From positions 1 through 64,000 of the forward strand of contig CAWIIQ010000002.1 of the NCBI GenBank assembly GCA_963836185.1: a stretch of 64,000 nt of DNA. The letters are read 5' to 3'. The notes under the pieces are model-generated. The model was not told the DNA's origin, ran no database searches, and saw only the letters and a program-made list of their open reading frames with translations. Position numbers and translations under genes: made by a program. The stretch is from Candidatus Krumholzibacteriia bacterium (GTDB lineage Bacteria > Krumholzibacteriota > Krumholzibacteriia > Krumholzibacteriales > Krumholzibacteriaceae). Below are positions 43,809 to 53,784 of this stretch, piece after piece; positions within the stretch are counted from its first letter, which is position 1; each line of letters opens with the position of its first letter.

Positions 43809-44396
43809 TTATTTGCCCTTGCGCCATCTGCTTGGAAAGGAACCGAACATCTTCGGCGAAGAGTCGGGGAAAGCTCCCTCGCTCACTGCCCTGACGTTCT
43901 CCACCGTGTAGAAGGCGCCAGGATTGTGTCTTTCGATAATAGCCAGTACTGCCGGAAGCGATGATCTCCTGACCACCGTATATACTACGCACACCTTTCC
44001 TTCCGCCCCCTCGGCCGGTACGTTTGTGACGCCGTAATTCTCTTCTCTCAGGGCCTGCCTGAGAGCCAGGGCGTCTTTTCGAGTAATGATCCTGACGAGG
44101 TAGGTGCCGATGGCGAGCTTCTCCTCTATGATCAGACCTATATATGTGCCCGCCGCGAATCCGCCGCCGTATGCGAGGTAGCAAAGTGGATTTGACAGGT
44201 TCTTGATGATCTGGCTTATCGCCAGCAACCAGATCAGGACCTCGAAGAAGCCGAGTGCCGGCGCGATGATCTTGTGCCCCCTCGAGACGAACACGATCCG
44301 GATCGTCTGGATCGATACGTCCAGTATGCGGGCAACGAAGATCATCAGCGGCAGCGCCGCCCAGCGAAACAGCTCCGAATCTAGGAATTCAGTCAT
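43809..44396 (-). CDS. DUF5698/DUF2179 (YebE-like) membrane protein
   Basis: IFVARILDVSIQTIRI, GFFEVLIW, YGGGFAAG, GVT...EG, P.AFYTV. Confidence 0.85.
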   Translation of the reverse strand: MTEFLDSELFRWAALPLMIFVARILDVSIQTIRIVFVSRGHKIIAPALGFFEVLIWLLAISQIIKNLSNPLCYLAYGGGFAAGTYIGLIIEEKLAIGTYLVRIITRKDALALRQALREENYGVTNVPAEGAEGKVCVVYTVVRRSSLPAVLAIIERHNPGAFYTVENVRAVSEGAFPDSSPKMFGSFPSRWRKGK

Positions 44397-44463
44397 CTTT
44401 TCATCTCACCTTGAGTTGTTGTAATAATTTCTGCCGGTCCTGGCGCCCGGGCCTTATAACCGG

Positions 44464-45531
44464 TCAGAAGACCGGATCGAATCCGAGCCCCGGCTTTCCC
44501 GTGGTATGGAGCACTCCGTCCTTAAGTATCACTGCGCCGTCGGAAGGGTCGCCGATGAGGTCGAAGTGACCATCCAGGTCGGCATAAAGGACGTTGGGCC
44601 TGGCCAGCGCGAAATGAAGTCCGGCGGCTATCGCCAGGGCCGACTCGTCCATGCATCCGACCATTACCTCCAGCCCGGCCGATCTGGCCACGGCATTGAC
44701 CTGCAGGGCCTCGAATATTCCACCCACCTTCATGAGCTTGATATTGACCATGTCGACCAGCTCGCGCCTCGCGAGCCGGAATGCGTCCCGAAGATTCATG
44801 AGGCTCTCGTCCGCCATGATCGGGATAGGTACGTCGGTCGTCACCCGGCCGAGCATGTCGGGATGCCCCTTCGGTGTCGGCTGCTCGATAAGTTCGATTT
44901 TCGCCGCTTTCGTTCCCTTGAAGAATCTGAGCGATTCATCGACGGTGTACCCCTGGTTGGCGTCAAACCTGATCTCTATCCTGGCGCCGACAGCCTCCCT
45001 GACCTTTGACACCCTTTCGATGTCGAGATCGACGTCCTTTCCCCCTTTGATCTTGAGGCATTTGAATCCATCGGCGATGAATCCGGCTGCTCTCTCGACA
45101 GTCTCCCCGGTGGAAAGTATGCCGATCGTGATGCTTGTCTTCATGTGTTCGCGGAATCCGCCGAGCAGTTTGTAGAGAGGGATGCCGGCAGCCTTTCCCA
45201 GGATATCGTGAAGAGCCATGTCGACCATGCACATCGCTGAGGGATGATCCTTAAGGTCCGGCAGCATCCTGAAAAGGATCTTCGATATGCGCAGCGGGTC
45301 GACTCCCTTCATGGCGGGACGGATGACCCGATCGCAGACCTCAAGAACACTCTCGGCTGTCTCCCCGGTGACTTCACTGTCGGGAGCGGCGCATCCGAAT
45401 CCCTTTATCCCGGTGCTGGTATTGACCATCAGGAAGACGTTCTCCGCCGTGTCAATCTTCTCGTACGCTATCTCGTACGGCTCGGAAAGCCGCATCGTCA
45501 CGCACTGCCATTCAACATCAGTGATGCGCAC
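44464..45531 (-). CDS. Enolase-superfamily dipeptide epimerase (L-Ala-D/L-Glu epimerase or DgcA-like)
   Basis: KIK, DANQG, EQP, ADES, NIKLMKVGG, GCMDES, DLDG (DxD). Confidence 0.9.
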   Translation of the reverse strand: MRITDVEWQCVTMRLSEPYEIAYEKIDTAENVFLMVNTSTGIKGFGCAAPDSEVTGETAESVLEVCDRVIRPAMKGVDPLRISKILFRMLPDLKDHPSAMCMVDMALHDILGKAAGIPLYKLLGGFREHMKTSITIGILSTGETVERAAGFIADGFKCLKIKGGKDVDLDIERVSKVREAVGARIEIRFDANQGYTVDESLRFFKGTKAAKIELIEQPTPKGHPDMLGRVTTDVPIPIMADESLMNLRDAFRLARRELVDMVNIKLMKVGGIFEALQVNAVARSAGLEVMVGCMDESALAIAAGLHFALARPNVLYADLDGHFDLIGDPSDGAVILKDGVLHTTGKPGLGFDPVF

Positions 45532-45539
45532 TTTTAGCC

Positions 45540-47867
45540 TCAGTACTTTCTCTGGTAGATCTCATCGAGTGTCATGTTCTTCAGGTCCTCCACCAGCGCT
45601 ACGAGATGGGCGATCATGATCTTCCAGAACTTCTCACCCTTCTCGGCAGTCGCTTTAGTGGGATCACCGAGCACTCCGCTCCTGGATATCTTTTCGGTGT
45701 GGACGTACCAGGCGACCCCCCTCTTGGATGTGAAATTCAGGTAGCGGCTCGAGAACTGCGGGACTGCCTTGACGGCCTTCCCGAACCTTACCAGGTGGGG
45801 CCTGACAGCCAGTGATGTGCTTGTCTCGATCTCGCCGGCGTGAATGTCATTCGGCGTCTCGACGAGGCGATAAAGGTCTACATCGCTTGTCTCGCCTGTG
45901 TCGACGCATACGAAGATCTTCGTGTCGCGGGTAAGCATCTGGGCCGCGTAGTTCAGGGCGGGATTGTTGCCGCCGTGGCCGTTGATGATCACTAGCTTCT
46001 TTATCCCGTTCCTCGCGACGCTCATCCCTATGTCGTAGATCAGTTTCGAGAGGGTGTCGTTCCCGATCCCGACCGTGCCGGCAAAATCGTCATGTTCGTA
46101 GGAGACGCCATACGGGACCAGGGGCAGCACGAGCGGCCTGGGTTCGCTGCATGCCTCAGCGATCCGACGAGCGAGATAACCGGCGTCGAACGCGTCGCTG
46201 TCGAGAGGAAGATGGGGGCCGTGTTGCTCGATCGAACCTACTGGCAGAAGCGCTATGTCGACCTGCCCGAAACGCTTTTTCGCCTCCGGCCAGGTCATCT
46301 CGCCCCAGAGATAGTCGCTGGGCTCGGCGTCCAGGGCTTCGATGGCGATATTGTCTGATCCCGGAAGGTCGAACTCGAACGGGTACGGATTCATCAGCGA
46401 TGAATCGTCCAGTACATCGAACTCCTCCCATTTTCTTCCCGAGTACCGCAGCGCCCCCTCGGCATGTTGAAGCAGGATCCTGTACAGGTCCTCACGCAGG
46501 TCCAGGGGAATGCTCTCGACAGGAGAGAGACGTGGATGGAACCTGAGTTTCATTATCTCCGGGGACGGCCGGAGTTTCTTCGCCTCTCCGGGAGGCAGAT
46601 CGATCAGTCCCCGGCCGGATAGCAGATATGCCATATGGCGCTGTCCGCCTGCTTCCTGGTTATCGCCCTTCTTTACGATGTCGGCCAGGCATTTCGCCGT
46701 CTGCTCCGCGGTATAACCACAGACGGAGGGGTCGATGTCAAAAGCCGACAGCATCCCTACGATCCTCCGGCACTTCTCGCATCGCCCGCACGGCCTGAAA
46801 CTGTCTCCATCCTTGTGAGCGGCATGACACGATATCTGATGCTTCTGGTAACGCGGATATCTCTCCGCGAGCGTTTTCTCGATCAGGATCTCGGCCATCG
46901 GCCTTAGGATCGAGAACTGGCAGATGGACCAGCCTTTTCTCATGAAGTATCTCGACATGGCGTTGTCGAAATATATGCTCTGGTCGTAATACCCGTTGTA
47001 ATGCGTGATGCCTTTGGTCGAAGTCTTCTGGGTCGTGTCGTACTCGTCGCCTATCACTATCCTGCCGATGCCGCGGGAGATTGTGACAGGAAGGACGCCG
47101 AAGAGAAAGATGGCCACCGTCCACAGCCGCAGAGGGTACTGGTCGGCTCTCAATGTGGCGAAATCCTGCCTGATGAAGGGGAAATGCCTCAACATCCAAG
47201 CGAAGACACGGTCGGAGTTTACCCAGACTCTGGACGTGTCCGGAACATTATCCTTGAAGAACCTGTACGCGTTCAGAGCGGTGAACCAGTGACGGCCCGA
47301 TTCGTTTACGAATACCGGATGGACATCCCTGCCCATCTCTTCCAGAAGCCCGAAGGTCAGAAGGCTGTCCTTTCCTCCGCTTGAAAGGATAGCGTGGCTG
47401 TCCTTGTGAGACGGCCTGAGGCTCCATGACGGTGGCCGCGACGGGGTAGACGGCCCCTCGAACACCAGTTTTGCCGCGCAGTACGTCTTCTTCTTGACCG
47501 GCTTCAGCCCGACGGCGGCGCCGGTCAGGAAAGGGTTGGGCTCGAGGAGTTTCTTGACGTAGATCTCCCTGCAGGTATTCTCGGTCATATCCCTTATGAA
47601 ACGGGTGTCGGTCTCATCGTATTCTCCCTTGAATACGATCTTGCCGCAGAAGAGCCCGTAGTTCATCGCTACCTGCGCGGCCATCAGGGAGGCGAGGTTG
47701 CGCGAGACCGGATCATCCGGATCGAAGACGTCCTCCTCGAAGCGGTAGATAAAGTCGATACTGTCCTCTTTGCCGCCGTAGAAGACGCGGTAAGGAGCTG
47801 TCAGCTTCCGCTTTTCGAGCCTGACCGGGCCGACTTCGAGCCGGTCGATAGTGACAAGGCCTTTCAC
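45540..47867 (-). CDS. Fusion of an N-terminal PP-loop adenylating domain (MurL/QueC-like) and a C-terminal creatininase-family amidohydrolase
   Basis: SSGGKDS PP-loop, FSILRP..E, ISCH...CGRCEKC; then GSIEQHGPHLPLDSD, NGHGGN, HAGEIETS, GVLGDP. Confidence 0.85.
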   Translation of the reverse strand: MKGLVTIDRLEVGPVRLEKRKLTAPYRVFYGGKEDSIDFIYRFEEDVFDPDDPVSRNLASLMAAQVAMNYGLFCGKIVFKGEYDETDTRFIRDMTENTCREIYVKKLLEPNPFLTGAAVGLKPVKKKTYCAAKLVFEGPSTPSRPPSWSLRPSHKDSHAILSSGGKDSLLTFGLLEEMGRDVHPVFVNESGRHWFTALNAYRFFKDNVPDTSRVWVNSDRVFAWMLRHFPFIRQDFATLRADQYPLRLWTVAIFLFGVLPVTISRGIGRIVIGDEYDTTQKTSTKGITHYNGYYDQSIYFDNAMSRYFMRKGWSICQFSILRPMAEILIEKTLAERYPRYQKHQISCHAAHKDGDSFRPCGRCEKCRRIVGMLSAFDIDPSVCGYTAEQTAKCLADIVKKGDNQEAGGQRHMAYLLSGRGLIDLPPGEAKKLRPSPEIMKLRFHPRLSPVESIPLDLREDLYRILLQHAEGALRYSGRKWEEFDVLDDSSLMNPYPFEFDLPGSDNIAIEALDAEPSDYLWGEMTWPEAKKRFGQVDIALLPVGSIEQHGPHLPLDSDAFDAGYLARRIAEACSEPRPLVLPLVPYGVSYEHDDFAGTVGIGNDTLSKLIYDIGMSVARNGIKKLVIINGHGGNNPALNYAAQMLTRDTKIFVCVDTGETSDVDLYRLVETPNDIHAGEIETSTSLAVRPHLVRFGKAVKAVPQFSSRYLNFTSKRGVAWYVHTEKISRSGVLGDPTKATAEKGEKFWKIMIAHLVALVEDLKNMTLDEIYQRKY

Positions 47868-48967
47868 TTCTTCTTCACCTCACGTTTCGGATCGTCTATC
47901 CATGGGCGTATCGCAGCGGCGAGATCCGCCGCGCCGTCCCTGAGCACATCAAACGCGGGAATCCCGGTTTCCTTGCGGATATTCTCGCAGGAGGCGGTGA
48001 TATCTTCATCGCCGAGCCCCTCATGGTTGACCGTTACGGCCAGGACAGGCCTTCCGGAGACCGTCTCGATAGCTCTTATCTGATGCTCGAGAGGCTGGAT
48101 CGGGTAGCCGGGGAACCCGTCATACTCCTTTCGAGCCGGAGCGTGCTGCAGGATCACGACCTCCGGCCTGCCGGCGGCAAGGATCTCGAATCCACCGGGA
48201 TAGGCGGGATTCATCAGGCTTCCCTGTCCCTCGATCACGATCATATCAGGTTTCGCGTCTTTCCATGCCGACCACACAGCATGCTCTATCTCACCGGTCA
48301 CAAAATCATTGATAAGCGAGTCGAGCATGATCGAATATTTCGCCCCCTGCATCCAGGCGGTCTGTCCCGTACCTACCATCTCTACATGATATCCTTCCGT
48401 CCTGAGCGCCTGGACCAGGATCCACGCTGTCGTTCGCTTGCCGATGGCTGAATCCGTGCCGAGAACGGCCACCTTAAGGCACTTGACCTCTTCGATCTTT
48501 CCGCTGAAGAAATGGAGCTTCTCGCGCGGCGGCGTTTTGCGCACGTCCGTGATCCTGACCCCGTTCTTTTTCGCGGCCGCAGCCAGTTCCACGTCTTCAG
48601 AAAGGAAATCGTGCAGTCCGCAATCGACATTGAGCCCTGTCTCGAGGGCGCGCAGGACATCCTCGCGCGCGGAAGGCTCGAGCCTTCCTCCGTCCGGAGC
48701 AATACCGATGACCAGATGAGTAGCAGCCCGCCCCGTGTCCCTGGCGGCAGCGACCGCCTCAGCGATACTCCCGTATACGGATATGCCGCTGCTCCTGCCG
48801 TCGAGCACCTCCCCGGCGTCTTTTCCAGCATGTTTCGAATCGATCACCGAGAGCACGCTGTACCTTTGAGTGAAACGTACCAGCCCGTGCGCCGTCTTTC
48901 CGTTTGGAGTGTTGAAGGCTCCTTCGCAGTATACTATCGCGTTGCCCTCCAGTTTCGACGACATCAT
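47864..48967 (-). CDS. DUF1611 (DgcN-like) P-loop protein
   Basis: GKTAHGLVR, GIAPDGG, GLHDFL, GTDSAIGKRTT, GTGQT, IEGQGSL..PAY. Confidence 0.9.
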   Translation of the reverse strand: MMSSKLEGNAIVYCEGAFNTPNGKTAHGLVRFTQRYSVLSVIDSKHAGKDAGEVLDGRSSGISVYGSIAEAVAAARDTGRAATHLVIGIAPDGGRLEPSAREDVLRALETGLNVDCGLHDFLSEDVELAAAAKKNGVRITDVRKTPPREKLHFFSGKIEEVKCLKVAVLGTDSAIGKRTTAWILVQALRTEGYHVEMVGTGQTAWMQGAKYSIMLDSLINDFVTGEIEHAVWSAWKDAKPDMIVIEGQGSLMNPAYPGGFEILAAGRPEVVILQHAPARKEYDGFPGYPIQPLEHQIRAIETVSGRPVLAVTVNHEGLGDEDITASCENIRKETGIPAFDVLRDGAADLAAAIRPWIDDPKREVKKK

Positions 48968-50097
48968 TTCCTCCCGGTCATTATGACGACATACCTGTCG
49001 CCTGCCAGAGCTTCTTTCTTGTGCCTGTCAGCGAGAGCGATCAGCCCCGCGGTGGAAGCGGGGAGGACGCTGAGCCCTTCGCGTTCCCGTATCATTCTGG
49101 CGAACATCGTCATGCTCCTGTCAGACGCGTCGGCGGCCCAGCCGCCGGTTTCCCTGATGGCATCGAGCGCGAGGTCGCCGTCTATCGAGCGCCAGTTGAT
49201 GAGCGGTTCGTTGACCGACGTTTCTTTTATCCTCAGCGGTTCCAGGTCTTCACACCGGTCGAGGTTCTTGCGGAAGGCCTGGACGATCGGATTCTTTCTA
49301 AAGGACGATCCTGCTATCATATGCGGCATGCGGGATGTTTTTCCCCTGCGGTAGAGGCTAAGAAAACCCTTGTATATTCCAGCGAACGTCGTTCCGTTCG
49401 AGACAGGCACGGCCACCGCCGCGGGGGCGTCCCGCAGCTCGTCGTAGATCTCCCACGCTATCTGGCCGTACGCCTTGAGCTGAAGGGTCGTATTGTCCCC
49501 TCCCGGATTCGCATCGTAGATCTCCTCGCGGGCCGCGAACTCCCCCGACACCTCGACAGCGCGCTCGTAATCGCCCGGCACCCTTCTGATCTCGGCACCC
49601 GCCTTCTCGATTTCCGATACCCGCTTTGTATGATAAGTCTCGGGGATGAAGACGACACATTTTATACCCGCGAACGAGGCCGCCAGGGCCATGGCCACCC
49701 CGTAGTTCCCGCAGGTGGCTATCGTTATGGCGTCGAACCCCCTGCGCATGGCATCCATCGACTGCGCGAAGGCTATCCTGTCCTTCTGTGTACCGCTGGG
49801 ATTGCCTCCCTCGAACTTCATGAATATCTGTCTGAATCCTATTTCCTTCTCGAGGTTCCTGGCCCTGACAAGGACTGTGTCTCCGACCTCGGAATCCATG
49901 ATATCCTCATACGCCTCAAGCCTCTCCTCGAGGCTGTACCCTGCGTCGGCAGCGACCGCGCGAAGCTTCTCGGCGTTCTCGAGCAGTTCCGTTATCTGCC
50001 CGGTCGCCCCGTCGATCAGTGTATAGGGAAGCACTATGACGTCACGTCCGGCATCATTCTCGCGGACTTCCTTTTCTTCTTCTCGTTCCTCGCTCAT
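48964..50097 (-). CDS. Threonine-synthase-like fold-type II PLP enzyme
   Basis: GDT.L, KFEGGNPSGTQKDR (PLP Lys), TCGNYG, PVSNGT, EG...PAS, TG. Confidence 0.85.
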   Translation of the reverse strand: MSEEREEEKEVRENDAGRDVIVLPYTLIDGATGQITELLENAEKLRAVAADAGYSLEERLEAYEDIMDSEVGDTVLVRARNLEKEIGFRQIFMKFEGGNPSGTQKDRIAFAQSMDAMRRGFDAITIATCGNYGVAMALAASFAGIKCVVFIPETYHTKRVSEIEKAGAEIRRVPGDYERAVEVSGEFAAREEIYDANPGGDNTTLQLKAYGQIAWEIYDELRDAPAAVAVPVSNGTTFAGIYKGFLSLYRRGKTSRMPHMIAGSSFRKNPIVQAFRKNLDRCEDLEPLRIKETSVNEPLINWRSIDGDLALDAIRETGGWAADASDRSMTMFARMIREREGLSVLPASTAGLIALADRHKKEALAGDRYVVIMTGRK

Positions 50098-50335
50098 CGC
50101 GTTTCTCCAGGAAAGCAGGCCGCTGGCTCAGGTATATCCTCGCCGTTTACGTGGGCGATTCTGCTACTACATCATCGTATGAGCAAGAGAATAGTTGGCT
50201 GGACGTAAAATATTGACTGCCGGCAAGTAGTGGTCACGGGAGCATCGTCCAGACTGCTTGTTTTTATCACAATAAAACACTATTTTTATAAGACATGCTG
50301 ATTCGGCCGGTCGATCCCCTGGAAGGAAGTGTGAG

Positions 50336-51511
50336 ATGTATAAAAAACTTACCTCGATGGCGATTGCCGTTATTATGATAATTCTTGTCCAGGGCATGAA
50401 TATCCAGGGAGCGGATGCGAAGATGAGTTCGAAGAATAATAAAGAGAACAGGGCCGAGGCGACCTTCGCGGGCGGGTGCTTCTGGTGCACCGAGGCAGAT
50501 TTCGAGAAACTGCCCGGTGTGATCGAGGCTGTTTCAGGTTATACCGGGGGGCACGTCGAAGATCCTACGTATAAAGAGGTCTGTTCGGGGACTACCGGCC
50601 ATACCGAGGCGGTCTTAGTCCGGTTCGATCCGTCGAAGGTCAGCTACGCCGAGCTGCTCAAGTATTTCTGGAAGCACATCGATCCGGTCGATGCAGGGGG
50701 GCAGTTCGTCGACCGCGGTTCCCAGTACCGCAGCGCGATCTTCTATCACGGCGACGAACAGAAGCACCTCGCCGAACTGTCGAAGGAGGCGCTCGAGAAG
50801 TCCGGCGTGTTCGACAGGGCGGTAGCCACCGAGATCACGGCGGCCTCGAAGTTCTACTCCGCCGAGGACTACCACCAGGGCTACTTCCAGACCTGTCCAG
50901 TGCAGTACGGTGCGTACAGGGCAGGCTCGGGAAGGGACGGTTTCCTCGAGGGGGCCTGGACTGCGGAATCGGCGGCGAAGTTCGATGCTGAGTTCGACAG
51001 GAGGCTCAAGGAGGCAGGCGGGAGTGGTTATAGTGCAGACGGCGAGAGCGAACATAGGGGGGCAGGCGGGAGTGACTACTCGAAGCCGGATGAATCATCC
51101 CTTAAGGCCGCCCTCACTCCGGAGCAGTACAGGGTCACCCAGCAGTGCGGCACTGAGCCTCCATTTCAGAACGAGTTCTGGGACAACAAGCGAGAGGGGA
51201 TCTATGTCGACGTCGTGAGCGGTGAGCCCCTTTTCAGCTCGAACTCGAAGTATGCGTCCGGTTCGGGCTGGCCGAGCTTCTATCAGCCGCTGGAACCTGA
51301 GAACATAGTCGAGAAGAAGGACAACACCCACGGAATGACGCGCGTCGAGGTACGGAGCGCGGACGGCGACTCCCATCTCGGGCATGTCTTCCCTGACGGC
51401 CCGGAGCCTACGGGACTTCGATACTGCATCAACTCGGCATCGCTGAGGTTCATCCCGAAAGAGGACATGGAGAAGGAAGGGTACGGGAATTACCTGAAGC
51501 TCTTCGAGTAA
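50336..51511 (+). CDS. msrAB: Exported bifunctional peptide-methionine sulfoxide reductase MsrA/MsrB
   Basis: Signal peptide; AGGCFWC, GYTGG, QYRSAIF, AEDYHQ; GTEPPF, GWPSF, HLGHVF.DGP..TG.RYCINSA. Confidence 0.95.
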   Translation: MYKKLTSMAIAVIMIILVQGMNIQGADAKMSSKNNKENRAEATFAGGCFWCTEADFEKLPGVIEAVSGYTGGHVEDPTYKEVCSGTTGHTEAVLVRFDPSKVSYAELLKYFWKHIDPVDAGGQFVDRGSQYRSAIFYHGDEQKHLAELSKEALEKSGVFDRAVATEITAASKFYSAEDYHQGYFQTCPVQYGAYRAGSGRDGFLEGAWTAESAAKFDAEFDRRLKEAGGSGYSADGESEHRGAGGSDYSKPDESSLKAALTPEQYRVTQQCGTEPPFQNEFWDNKREGIYVDVVSGEPLFSSNSKYASGSGWPSFYQPLEPENIVEKKDNTHGMTRVEVRSADGDSHLGHVFPDGPEPTGLRYCINSASLRFIPKEDMEKEGYGNYLKLFE

Positions 51512-51579
51512 TCGTTGCTTTACTTTCTGCCGCATTATACGGAAGAATACCTCCGGGAGAAGGAATCCGGGGGTATTTT

Positions 51580-52566
51580 ATGTCAATCAGACTGATCGAG
51601 GTATCGATTCCCGATAGTCACGTGGCGGCTGTTGTCGAACTGGCCGAGGACGAGAACGTATTTCTCTTTGACAAGGACCGTTCTTCACCCGGACGGTTCC
51701 TCGTAAAGCTTGTGCTTCCCGCAAAGAAAACTGAACACGTAATGGAACTCCTCTCAAAAGAGTTTTCCACGATCAGTGGCTTCCGGGCAGTGATCCTGCC
51801 CGTCGATGCGACTCTTCCGATGATTGAGGAGAAGAAGGATGTCGAGGAGGAGAAGAAATCCAGGCTGGGAGTCAGCAAGGAAGAGCTGTATTCGAGGATA
51901 AGCGACGGAGCGAAGCTGTCATGGGCCTTTGTGACTTTCGTGGCGTTATCAACGATAGTCGCCGCGTTCGGATTGATAAGGGACAATGTCGCTGTGGTCA
52001 TCGGGGCGATGGTAATAGCGCCGCTTCTCGGCCCTAATGTGGGACTGTCGCTTGCGTCAGCGCTTGGTGACAGAAAGCTCGGGCGCTCAGCGATTGTGAC
52101 GCTGCTTCTCGGTATAATTATCGCCCTTGCGATCGCGGTCAGTATCGGAGCGCTGGTGAGGGCCGATTTCAGCACCTCTCAGATCCTCCTCAGGACCGAC
52201 GTCCATTTCTACGATATCATCCTTGCTCTATCTGCAGGTGCTGCTGGTGTTCTCGCCTTCACCACTGGAGTATCAGCCACCCTCATCGGAGTGATGGTCG
52301 CCGTTGCGCTGTTGCCCCCTCTGGTGACGCTTGGGCTATTACTGGGTACGGGAGATTACAATCTCGCGACTGGCGCTCTTCTGCTTCTCATCACGAACCT
52401 TATCTGCATCAACCTCTCCGGGGTCATAGTCTTCTACATACAGGGAGTGAGGCCGAGGAAGTGGTGGGAAGTGGAGAAGGCACGCAGAGCCTCGCGCCAG
52501 GCACTCGTTATATGGTCGATTCTGCTCGCAGCGCTTGTTGTGGTGATTTATCTTTCTCGCCGTTGA
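51580..52566 (+). CDS. TIGR00341/DUF389 membrane protein
   Basis: VVIGAMVIAPLLGP, GVMVAVALLPP, about 7 TM helices. Confidence 0.9.
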   Translation: MSIRLIEVSIPDSHVAAVVELAEDENVFLFDKDRSSPGRFLVKLVLPAKKTEHVMELLSKEFSTISGFRAVILPVDATLPMIEEKKDVEEEKKSRLGVSKEELYSRISDGAKLSWAFVTFVALSTIVAAFGLIRDNVAVVIGAMVIAPLLGPNVGLSLASALGDRKLGRSAIVTLLLGIIIALAIAVSIGALVRADFSTSQILLRTDVHFYDIILALSAGAAGVLAFTTGVSATLIGVMVAVALLPPLVTLGLLLGTGDYNLATGALLLLITNLICINLSGVIVFYIQGVRPRKWWEVEKARRASRQALVIWSILLAALVVVIYLSRR

Positions 52567-52711
52567 ATCTTTGGCGCTGACCGACCTTAGGCACCGGTGA
52601 ACGATTTTCTGACGGGGACAACCACGAGTTCACCAGGATTAATGTCTTTACTTCCTTTGAGAGACAAAAGAGAATACACTCAGTGATATTAATTTCAAGG
52701 GGGCTATCCCT

Positions 52712-53776
52712 ATGCCAGGGCTTGTGAGAAACAGAAGCAGGAAGGTCGGCCTCCCGCCTGGTACCGTCGTCTACAGCGGCGAGGTGCGGAAGCGGGATAT
52801 CGGTATAACCGTATTCGATTACGACGAGGACCATGTCGACGAGAAATCCGTCAGCAGCATCGATGAGGTCCTGGCGTTTCGTGACAGCAAGGCCGTTACC
52901 TGGATCAACGTCGACGGCATCCACGACACATCGATAATAGAGAGCCTCGGGGACCATTTCGGGATCCACCCCCTTGTACAGGAGGATATCGTAAGCGTCG
53001 GTCAGCGGCCCAAGTTCGAGGATTTCGACGACTACTTTTTCATCGTGCTGAAAATGTTGTCATACGACGACAAGAAGGATGAAATAGAATCGGAACAGGT
53101 CAGTTTTATCGTGGGGAATAATTACGTCATCTCATTTCAGGAACATGTGGGGGATGTGCTCGACCCAGTAAGAAACCGGATCAGGCAGAGAAAGGGACGT
53201 ATCGCCAGAATGGGGCCGGACTATCTGGCTTACGCCCTGATCGACATCATCATAGATAATTACTACTCGATCCTCGAGAAGATCGGAGACAGGATCGAGA
53301 GCATGGAGGAGGACCTCCTCGGGAATCCCTCGATCGATACCCTGCACTCGATACAGAGATCGAAGAGGGATATGATCTACCTGCGTAAATCGATATGGCC
53401 CCTGAGGGAGGCTATCAACGGGCTGGAACGCTGTGAATCAAAGCTGATCAGCAAACAGACAAGGATCTTCCTGCGGGATGTCTACGACCATACCATTCAG
53501 GTAATCGATACGGTGGAGTCGCTCAGGGACATGGTGTCCGGCATGCTCGATATGTATATGTCGAGCGCGAGCAACAGGATGAACGAGGTGATGAAGGTAC
53601 TGACGATCATAGCGACCATATTCATACCGCTGACATTCATCGCGGGCATCTACGGGATGAACTTCGAATTCATGCCTGAGCTTTCTGTCCGGTGGGCCTA
53701 TCCTGCCGTGTTGGGAGTGATGGGTGTCGTTGGGCTCGCCATGCTGATGTATTTCAAGAAAAAAAACTGGTTCTGA
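52712..53776 (+). CDS. corA: Magnesium/cobalt transporter CorA
   Basis: GLPPGT, HPLVQEDI...QRPK, MNEVMKVLT...IAGIYGMNF..MPEL. Confidence 0.95.
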   Translation: MPGLVRNRSRKVGLPPGTVVYSGEVRKRDIGITVFDYDEDHVDEKSVSSIDEVLAFRDSKAVTWINVDGIHDTSIIESLGDHFGIHPLVQEDIVSVGQRPKFEDFDDYFFIVLKMLSYDDKKDEIESEQVSFIVGNNYVISFQEHVGDVLDPVRNRIRQRKGRIARMGPDYLAYALIDIIIDNYYSILEKIGDRIESMEEDLLGNPSIDTLHSIQRSKRDMIYLRKSIWPLREAINGLERCESKLISKQTRIFLRDVYDHTIQVIDTVESLRDMVSGMLDMYMSSASNRMNEVMKVLTIIATIFIPLTFIAGIYGMNFEFMPELSVRWAYPAVLGVMGVVGLAMLMYFKKKNWF

Positions 53777-53784
53777 TCCATCAA

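Noticed and set aside
51013-51074. Duplicated GGCAGGCGGGAGTG in msrAB
   Set aside because: A small in-frame duplication within the flexible MsrA-MsrB linker.
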